From NCBI GenBank assembly GCA_965140585.1, contig OZ223264.1:96001-160000 (forward strand): a stretch of DNA of 64,000 bases, written 5' to 3'. Position numbers and translations under genes: made by a program. The notes under the pieces are model-generated. The model saw only the letters and a program-made list of their open reading frames with translations. It had not been told where the DNA came from and made no database searches. Numbering within the stretch: the stretch's first letter is position 1; each line of letters opens with the position of its first letter. Origin of the DNA: Spirochaetia bacterium. Its GTDB lineage: Bacteria; Spirochaetota; Spirochaetia; UBA9216. This document shows positions 56,884 to 64,000 of this stretch, in pieces.

Positions 56884-59030
56884 TATTTACTTTCCTTAAT
56901 CTCTGAATAATAGGAGATATCATTTTCATACGATTCTTTTTCTTTTGAATAGTTTACAAACTCAAAAATTGAAGCACTTAACATGATAGGACCACCAATG
57001 AGGGACCAGAAGCCAACGTTTCGGAGAAATGAATATGATTCATAAGAATTGGAAAGGCTTGTTGCAATACTGTTGAAACCAAGCGCTGCGCCGGCGCTTA
57101 GGAGTACAGAGCCTATTCCCAGATCTACCCAACCGGCTGTTAGATGTTTTTTTGCAGCTACATCATGCCCTGTTATATCCTGCCATGTTATGAAGGATTT
57201 ATTTCCTTCTCTAACATTAATATCAATTTTAAGAGGGGCTTTTCCTTCTTCCCAGATGTATATGTCATGAAGCCCAAGCGGCAGCGCTGTCAGGCCTGAA
57301 GCATTGAACTCAGTTTTGACCTCGTCAACCCAGACTGTAGAAGCTGCGGAATAGTTTCTAATTGTAAGTTCAGCAGTCCGCTGATGTTTACTTAGATCAA
57401 TAGCTGTAGATGAGTTATCGATACTAAAGTCAATTTCTACTCCGGAATATGTTTTATTACCTGCTAATTCAAGTTTCCAATTTCCTGTTGGAAGATATAT
57501 TTTCTCCTGTGGTGAATATATCAGTTCTTCATCCATATTAGAAAATTTCAGTTTTAATTCAAAATCTCTGAATGATCTTTTTTTGCCGGTAATGAAGTCA
57601 GTGTGTGAATATTCCTGCTGTTTTGGCATATTTTCAATATTTACCCGAAAAGCCGGAGACTCCTCTGTTTCAATAGTTCGGCTGCCCGGGTCTGCTGTGA
57701 TTTCAACCGGAGGGATAAAATATCCGTCTTTTTTAAAGGTAATTAGGTAGGTGTCAGGGATAAGCGAAATGTTCATCGGTATGCTGCCGATCATTCTTCC
57801 ATCTGCAAACACTTCAGCTCCTTCCGCCCCGATAATGTTTAAAATAGCCTCCTGCTTACCCAGGCCGGGGTTTAAAGTTGTGGTTCCTGAAATAGATTCA
57901 AGAGCCCTAAGTTTTCCGGTAAATTCCCCGGAAGCGCCTTTTATGGTTATTTCATTAAAAGACTCTTCCAGGCGGATATATGCAGGAGATTTTCCCGCCG
58001 ATACTCCGTTGATGGTGATGTCTGCCCCTTTTTCAGTATCAATGATCAAATCGAAAGATGTTTCAATTTCTCCAAGGGCATTGGTTTTGATTTCAGGTTC
58101 AGAGGGTGTATCGGCGGAGGTTATTCTTCTGTTCCATTTCAGTAGATTTCCAAAGCCGTATAAGGTTAAAAACTCTTCAATTTTATCGGAACCTTCCGCG
58201 TAGAATAGACTGTTGGCATTTTTACTGTCCATTATCGCTGTGTTTACACCGATTACAGCACCTTCTGCCGAAACCAGGGGGCCGCCTGAATTACCCGGGC
58301 TGATAGCTGCCGAATGCTGAATATTTAAATTCCCGTTTCTTAATGCGGAAACTGTTCCCTTGTTCATGGTGACTACCTGGTCGCTGAACAGGCGATCCAT
58401 TACAGAGCCGAGCGGAAAGCCGAAACTGTATACGTCGGTTCCGACTATTTCCTCTGTTATTCTGTCGGAGGAGGTAAGCCTTAGAGGTTTGAATTTTTTT
58501 GGATGGTTTATTCTCAATAATGCAAGGTCCGGGTTGTCGTCCTTTGCGATATTTAATATCGTTAGATCGGTGTAAAGCTGGCCGTCTACTGATATGCTTA
58601 GTCGATAAGCTCCGTTAAAAATCATTTCATGCAGATCCGCCAGAAGTTCTGTAATTTCTTTATCCGTTTTTATATTTTTGTATGTTTCCTGTGCTACATC
58701 TTCAATTTCTGTTGCTATTTCACTTCGTATCGCACGAAGATCTCCAAGCATTACTACGTGCCTGTTTGATATCATGGTACCGTCTTTATCGATTATAAAA
58801 GCTGAACCTGAAGAAAGTACTAAATATTCATTTAAAATATCATATCCGGAATCTTCCTCAAAATCTTTTACAAGATCAGGATTACTGCAAAGCTCCGAAT
58901 CCATATAAATCTCATGTTTCAAATACCCGATAGAAGGTTTGAGCTGATTATAGATATTCTGATTAGTCTGGGAATAAACCGATGCTGCGCAAAGCAGTAT
59001 AGCCAGAACGGCGGCGCATTTCTTCTTCAT
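56883..59030 (-). CDS. Trypsin-like serine protease with PEGA domains and C-terminal hydrophobic hairpin
   Basis: Triad motifs SNRHVV, DLALL and ISPGNSGGP; PEGA-like GAEVFADGRMIGSIP; signal peptide. Confidence 0.85.
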   Translation of the reverse strand: MKKKCAAVLAILLCAASVYSQTNQNIYNQLKPSIGYLKHEIYMDSELCSNPDLVKDFEEDSGYDILNEYLVLSSGSAFIIDKDGTMISNRHVVMLGDLRAIRSEIATEIEDVAQETYKNIKTDKEITELLADLHEMIFNGAYRLSISVDGQLYTDLTILNIAKDDNPDLALLRINHPKKFKPLRLTSSDRITEEIVGTDVYSFGFPLGSVMDRLFSDQVVTMNKGTVSALRNGNLNIQHSAAISPGNSGGPLVSAEGAVIGVNTAIMDSKNANSLFYAEGSDKIEEFLTLYGFGNLLKWNRRITSADTPSEPEIKTNALGEIETSFDLIIDTEKGADITINGVSAGKSPAYIRLEESFNEITIKGASGEFTGKLRALESISGTTTLNPGLGKQEAILNIIGAEGAEVFADGRMIGSIPMNISLIPDTYLITFKKDGYFIPPVEITADPGSRTIETEESPAFRVNIENMPKQQEYSHTDFITGKKRSFRDFELKLKFSNMDEELIYSPQEKIYLPTGNWKLELAGNKTYSGVEIDFSIDNSSTAIDLSKHQRTAELTIRNYSAASTVWVDEVKTEFNASGLTALPLGLHDIYIWEEGKAPLKIDINVREGNKSFITWQDITGHDVAAKKHLTAGWVDLGIGSVLLSAGAALGFNSIATSLSNSYESYSFLRNVGFWSLIGGPIMLSASIFEFVNYSKEKESYENDISYYSEIKESK

Positions 59031-59171
59031 TGAACTAACTCCATTTTAAATAAACTTTTAAAAAATGATTCCATTTATCCCTGTAATTGTCAACTAAAAA
59101 ATTACTTGCAAAAAGAATTGTTTAAGATTACTCTTTTTTAAAATGTATTATAAAAAAAGAGGTATTAAAAA

Positions 59172-60269
59172 GTGAGTGATTTTAAAAAAGACTGGAAGAG
59201 GTTCATACTTCTATCCTTACTGCTAATTAATGTATTTATATTTTTCTCATGTGAAGACCGTTTAGGTATATTTCAGTATTACAATTTAAAACAGAACGGA
59301 ACAATCAGCAGTATCGCTGCAGGCGAATATATTTCAGCTATAGTTATTGACGGAACTCTATATGCTGTCGGGACTATTCTTGATGAGGCAAAGACCTTTA
59401 CGATTGCTGAAAACGTGAGCAAGGTTGAAGTATATGAAACGTACCTGAGTTATTTGGATAATACCGGAACTCTTTGGACTGCAGGGACTGATGAAAATAG
59501 TGATATCGTCAGCATTGAGCTGATGTCTAATGTTAAAGACTTTTCTGTTGGAGACGGATTCTATCTGATTATAGATAATAATGATGTGGTCTGGGGCCTT
59601 GGAGATAATTATTCCGATCAGCTGGGGCTTGGAGGCAGTGCTGATTACTATTATTATGAGCCTGTTCAGATTCTCTCCGATGTTAAAGCCGTTTCCGCAG
59701 GCGGTGAATATTCACTGTTTTTGAAAAATGACGGATCTGTCTTTTCCTGCGGCAGTAATTCTTACGGTAGGCTCGGGACTGGAAATTCTGGTAGTGAAGA
59801 TGAGCCGGTAGAAATTATGAATGATGTTAATTCAATATACGCAGGCTATAAGCATTCGCTTTTTATTAAAACAGATAATACGCTATGGGCTTGCGGATAC
59901 AACGACTATAATAACTATGCTGATGATTCTTTTGGTTATTCTAATTATACTCCGATTCTAATAGCCTCAGGTGTGGCCTCTGCCTTTGTTGGAGACGGAT
60001 ACAGCTTTTATATTACAGCCGCCGGAGAGCTGTACGCTATAGGAAATAATTCTTATAACAGGCTGGGGGCAGGGGATGGTTATAGCTCTTACCTTACAAA
60101 CTATCAATTGATTACTGATGAGGCGGACGCGGTGTTTGGGAGTGTGAGGAATTATTCATTACTCCTTAAGCAGGACGGTACATTGTGGGGAGCGGGCACA
60201 AATTATTACGGGCAGCTTGGCAGTGCAGATGAAGAGCTGGAATATACTGAGTTTACCCTGCTGTTCTGA
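59172..60269 (+). CDS. RCC1-repeat lipoprotein
   Basis: Lipobox FFSC; repeated VSAGGEYSLFLK.DGSVFSCGSNSYGRLG units. Confidence 0.88.
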   Translation: MSDFKKDWKRFILLSLLLINVFIFFSCEDRLGIFQYYNLKQNGTISSIAAGEYISAIVIDGTLYAVGTILDEAKTFTIAENVSKVEVYETYLSYLDNTGTLWTAGTDENSDIVSIELMSNVKDFSVGDGFYLIIDNNDVVWGLGDNYSDQLGLGGSADYYYYEPVQILSDVKAVSAGGEYSLFLKNDGSVFSCGSNSYGRLGTGNSGSEDEPVEIMNDVNSIYAGYKHSLFIKTDNTLWACGYNDYNNYADDSFGYSNYTPILIASGVASAFVGDGYSFYITAAGELYAIGNNSYNRLGAGDGYSSYLTNYQLITDEADAVFGSVRNYSLLLKQDGTLWGAGTNYYGQLGSADEELEYTEFTLLF

Positions 60270-60343
60270 TATAGTATCTGTTTTTCCCACTTTAAAAATT
60301 CCTCCGCTCTTAGTATTATTAATGTACAAATACGGAGGACTTC

Positions 60344-61987
60344 ATGGATTTGAATTTCGGCTACGCGGATATAGCCTTTAAAAATGGTAAAGTAATAACT
60401 GTAAATGAAAAAGATGAGATAGCTCAGGCCCTCGCAGTTAAGGGAAACAAAATAGTCTTTGTCGGCAGCAATTCTGATGTCGATTCCATCATAAATGAAG
60501 ACACAAAAGTGATCGATCTAAAAGGCCGGAGCCTGATGCCAGGCATCATCGATTCTCACTTTCATCCAATTCTTGCCGGGTTTATCGGTCTTGAGATGGA
60601 TGCAGCAATGATTGATACAACATTCAAAAACTGCAAGAGTCTTGCTCAAATGCTTGATCTGCTTAAGCAGGCTGTTTCAATCAAAAAGCCTGGTCAGTGG
60701 GTCTCCATGATGGGCTATGAACCGCTGCTTCTTCCAGAACAGCGGCATCCTACCATAGAAGAACTTGATGTAATAGCTCCGAATAACCCAGTTCACTGTA
60801 TGCACGGCGGCGGACATATCTGCATGTACAACTCAAAGGCTCTTGAATACCTTGATGTCTACAAGCCTGAAGATGCTGATAAGTATCCACATAATGAGGT
60901 CGAGGTTATCGATGGAAAGCTGACCGGAATGGTTTACGGACACACTCACTTCAAACTTTGGGGGATGGTCGATTATACCGAAGAACAGCAGGCAAAGGCT
61001 GCGATGAAATCGCATGATATTGCGCTTAAGGCAGGAATTACCTCTGTGCATGATGCCGGAGAGTGCGATAAACCTTCATACCATATCATGCAGAAGCTCT
61101 GCAGGGATCGAACCTTTAAAATAAGAAGTTATATGCTGCTGCATAGTATTTTCGGCAAGCCCTTCTCCCTTGAAGATAACGATCATTTTATGTCTCTCGG
61201 TTTTCAGACAGGCCTGGGAGATGAACATTTCAGAATAGGCTCATGCAAGTTTATGATTGACGGCGGCTCCGGCGGGCCCTCATGTGCGACCCGTGAACCC
61301 TACAGCCATGACCCCTCACTTCCCAGAGAACGCGGCTGGGAACGTGAAGAAGTAGCGGAATACATCAAACTCATCAATGATGCTGAGTGTCAGGGTACCG
61401 CCCATGCAATCGGAGACCTTGCTGTTGAGTTTATGGTTGAAGGTTATGAAAAAGCATTCAAGAATAACCCCAGGCCGGATCTCCGCCACAGAATAGAGCA
61501 CTGCACAATATCGGACCAGGACCTCATTGACCGTATGGCAAAGATGAATATCTGTCCGACTGTTAATCCGGGTATGCTCACAACAATAGGGGCAAACTAT
61601 TCAAAGTTCTACGGCGAACGTATGAAGTATCTGATCGCGCTTAGAAGCATGCTCGATGCGGGTATCAGGGTTTCGCTGGCCAGTGACTATCCATCCGGCC
61701 CGATTGGAATCAATGTAATGGATGGTGCTGTTAACCGCTATAACAGGGCAAACAGCATACAGCTTGATCAGACTCAATGCATCAGTGTTCTTGAAGCTGT
61801 AAGATGTACAACCCTTAACGGTGCATATGCTTCTTTTGAAGATGATATCAAGGGCAGTCTTGAAGAAGGAAAGCTTGCCGACATGATAATACTTTCCGAG
61901 GATATAACTTCAATTGATCCGATGAAGCTTAATGAGGTTGAAGTTGAACTGACTATGATTGACGGTGAAATACTTTACTCTAAGTAG
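60344..61987 (+). CDS. Amidohydrolase (YtcJ/amidohydro_3 family)
   Basis: PGIIDSHFH, KFMIDG, HAIGD, RHRIEH, ASDYP and GSLEEGKLADM motifs. Confidence 0.9.
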   Translation: MDLNFGYADIAFKNGKVITVNEKDEIAQALAVKGNKIVFVGSNSDVDSIINEDTKVIDLKGRSLMPGIIDSHFHPILAGFIGLEMDAAMIDTTFKNCKSLAQMLDLLKQAVSIKKPGQWVSMMGYEPLLLPEQRHPTIEELDVIAPNNPVHCMHGGGHICMYNSKALEYLDVYKPEDADKYPHNEVEVIDGKLTGMVYGHTHFKLWGMVDYTEEQQAKAAMKSHDIALKAGITSVHDAGECDKPSYHIMQKLCRDRTFKIRSYMLLHSIFGKPFSLEDNDHFMSLGFQTGLGDEHFRIGSCKFMIDGGSGGPSCATREPYSHDPSLPRERGWEREEVAEYIKLINDAECQGTAHAIGDLAVEFMVEGYEKAFKNNPRPDLRHRIEHCTISDQDLIDRMAKMNICPTVNPGMLTTIGANYSKFYGERMKYLIALRSMLDAGIRVSLASDYPSGPIGINVMDGAVNRYNRANSIQLDQTQCISVLEAVRCTTLNGAYASFEDDIKGSLEEGKLADMIILSEDITSIDPMKLNEVEVELTMIDGEILYSK

Positions 61988-62004
61988 ATTTTACAGAAAG
62001 TTAG

Positions 62005-62043
62005 AGCAGGATTGGAGCTTTAAGGCTTCTCTCCTGCTTTTTT
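62005..62043 (+). terminator. Terminator-like hairpin
   Basis: AGCAGGA...TCCTGCT followed by a T-run. Confidence 0.55.
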
Positions 62044-62426
62044 TACAGTTTGCATTTATAAGTGATTTTCGTTGAGCCCAGAATTATTACATCCTGATTT
62101 TTAAGTTCGATCATCTCATCAATATTTACTTTCTTTTTGTTTATGTATGTGCCGTTTTTGCTTCCGATATCCTTAAGGTAGGCCTTCCCAAGTTTAAAAG
62201 TAACAGTAGCATGGAATTTTGATACCTTCGGATCAGAGACAATCACTGCATTACTGCGGTCCCGGCCTATACCGAAACTTTTATTTGAGAGCGGAACACT
62301 TCGGCTGTGGGCCTGAATCATCGGAACCTTGTTTATATAGGAAATTACAGCTTCTTTCTCAATAGTTATTCCCCTGGACAGATCTGTGAAAATGGTTTCA
62401 GCACTAAAAAGATTTTTTTCCGGCAT
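62043..62426 (-). CDS. FHA domain protein
   Basis: IGRD...VSKFHA...DIGSKNGTYIN motifs. Confidence 0.9.
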   Translation of the reverse strand: MPEKNLFSAETIFTDLSRGITIEKEAVISYINKVPMIQAHSRSVPLSNKSFGIGRDRSNAVIVSDPKVSKFHATVTFKLGKAYLKDIGSKNGTYINKKKVNIDEMIELKNQDVIILGSTKITYKCKL

Positions 62427-62547
62427 AGCCTCTCTCTTATATATTTATGTTATATATTTAATGATATAGCAAAAACCTGAAAAATCATACCGATTTTATG
62501 AATAGAAAAGGCTTAACAGTAAAAGACGCAAGTTATATATTCTCTGT

Positions 62548-63516
62548 ATGGATTTAAGTGGAATATCAGAACAAATTCTTAAAAATATCAAAGATATCCC
62601 TGTGGATAAAACCCCGGAAGGGCTTCCTCTTGAACCCTGCCGTATTTTCAAAAGCAGAAAGTCAGGGGTTGAAGACTGTCCAGATATAAATATTGATTAT
62701 TTTCCGCCTCTGGCACATATCGTCATTTACAGCACCATTTCAGATGAAGATACGAATGATTTGGTGGGAATGCTCCGCACTGTACTGGCCGGAGCAAAGA
62801 TAACTGTCCAGGATCGTTCGATTCGTCCCTTTGAGCTGAAGTATTCTGATTTAACAGAGTCTGATGAGTTTATTGTCACTGAGAACAGACTGCAGTATTA
62901 CGTGCAGCCGCTCAGAGGCCAGAACTTCGGCTTTTTTGCCGATATGCGTGAGGGTCGGCGTCTGGTCGGTGAGATCACAGTGTCTTTGTTTGCCGAAAAG
63001 AAGTTCGTAAATGTGCTCAATCTCTTTGCCTACACCTGCTCACTGTCGGTAGCCGCGGTTTATGCCGGAGCCTCTAAATGTGTCAACATCGATAAAAATA
63101 AACGCTCACTTGATATAGGCAGGCGTAACCACAGCCTGAACGCAGATCAGCTTCCGGATGATTATTCAAAGAAAGTGAAATACCTGCCTCATGATATTTT
63201 CAAGTCATTCGGTAAACTTAAAAAGGAAGGCCCGTACAATCTTATTATCGCCGATCCTCCGCCAAGCCAGCCTGGAAGTTTTATACTTGAAAAGGATTAT
63301 CCAAGGCTGATAAGGCGGCTGCCCGAAATGCTTGAGACCGGCGGAGTTTTGCTGCTCAGTCTTAATTCACCCGCTTTCAGCTGGGAAGATTTTGAGACGC
63401 TTGCCGCTGGAGCCCTGCCCGAAACGGCTGTTATGAAAAGGATAGAGCCGCCTGCCGACTTTGCTCCCGCCGAAGCCGGCCGCGGACTGAAACTGCTTAT
63501 AGTTAAATTTGATTAG
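62548..63516 (+). CDS. Class I SAM-dependent methyltransferase (RlmI/RlmK-like)
   Basis: GQNFGFFADMR, VLNLFAYTCSLS and IIADPP motifs. Confidence 0.88.
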   Translation: MDLSGISEQILKNIKDIPVDKTPEGLPLEPCRIFKSRKSGVEDCPDINIDYFPPLAHIVIYSTISDEDTNDLVGMLRTVLAGAKITVQDRSIRPFELKYSDLTESDEFIVTENRLQYYVQPLRGQNFGFFADMREGRRLVGEITVSLFAEKKFVNVLNLFAYTCSLSVAAVYAGASKCVNIDKNKRSLDIGRRNHSLNADQLPDDYSKKVKYLPHDIFKSFGKLKKEGPYNLIIADPPPSQPGSFILEKDYPRLIRRLPEMLETGGVLLLSLNSPAFSWEDFETLAAGALPETAVMKRIEPPADFAPAEAGRGLKLLIVKFD

Positions 63517-63555
63517 AGATTTTGAAACTGACTTCAGATGAATTATCCTTCAATT

Positions 63556-64000
63556 ATGGATAATTTGCATGTGGATGAAAAACTTCAGGAATATGCTGAG
63601 GGTCTGTCCTAAGGTGAGACAACAAGAAAATTCTATGACTCTTACAGCCTGTATCTTGAGAACTGTACACCCGCTGAACTTAATTAAGCTATCCACCAGT
63701 TTATGCAGAAGCAGTCTGATTATAAAAGTATAGAAAAAGTGGTCGGGCAGCTTATTCGAGCCTGCTCGAAGGGTATTGAGAAGAGCTTCACAGAAAATAC
63801 AGAGGAACCTCCATTTATAAGACTTCTTAAAATCGAGAACAGAAAACTTGAGGCGGTAAGAAAAGAGTCCTCAGTAATTTTCAGGTCATACATCAAGTGC
63901 GGAAAAGAAGACTGCCGTGAGCAGAGGCGGAGGGCGGATGAGCTGATTAAAATTCTGGAAATCAAAAAAGGGGGCCTTCCGCACTATCAGAAAATTCAAA
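63556..64000 (+). pseudogene. DUF438/hemerythrin-like gene with two in-frame TAA codons (3'-partial)
   Basis: The frame from ATG 63556 has TAA at 63610 and 63685, then runs open to the window end: ...PPFIRLLKIENRKL...PHYQKIQ. Confidence 0.55.

Noticed and set aside
1-64000. CRISPR arrays, IS elements, integrases, prophage, rRNA and tRNA
   Set aside because: I saw no regularly spaced repeats, transposase or integrase motifs, or structural RNA signatures. Intergenic gaps are short and explained by promoters, terminators or pseudogenes.

Overview
Bacterial chromosomal window with dense coding and no rRNA, tRNA, CRISPR array or mobile element that I can recognise. A free-living anaerobic spirochaete is my inference from the signal-peptide style, BMP, PilZ and multi-TM MCP content. 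Contents in order: alpha-2-macroglobulin plus PBP1C; a nucleoside ABC uptake/catabolism operon; a Cys-rich ArsR/thioredoxin/DUF318/CMD cluster; an HD-GYP protein; a YesN/YesM two-component system co-transcribed with a catalytically degenerate sugar-ABC ATPase and permease, followed by an intact sugar ABC operon; two HisKA_2-type kinases; a rhodanese lipoprotein and cysteine desulfidase; a sigma54-type NitT/TauT ABC operon whose binding protein looks circularly permuted; purU; an MCP; LarA plus a protein phosphatase; a YtrA-ABC operon; PilZ; a deletion-eroded sugar-ABC/GH78 operon with an amber-interrupted AraC; an MFS; tatCBA with an FMN-binding lipoprotein and a Tat-exported flavoprotein; ppnP; several lipoproteins; an amidohydrolase; FHA; a methyltransferase; and a pseudogene at the right edge. 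Best leads: (1) the dead-ABC plus sensor-less kinase module, a possible 'transporter-as-receptor' system; (2) the circularly permuted NMT1/Thi5 binding protein; (3) the Tat/flavin extracytoplasmic reductase cassette with a fossil Tat signal. All family calls come from motif recognition by eye; no database searches were run.
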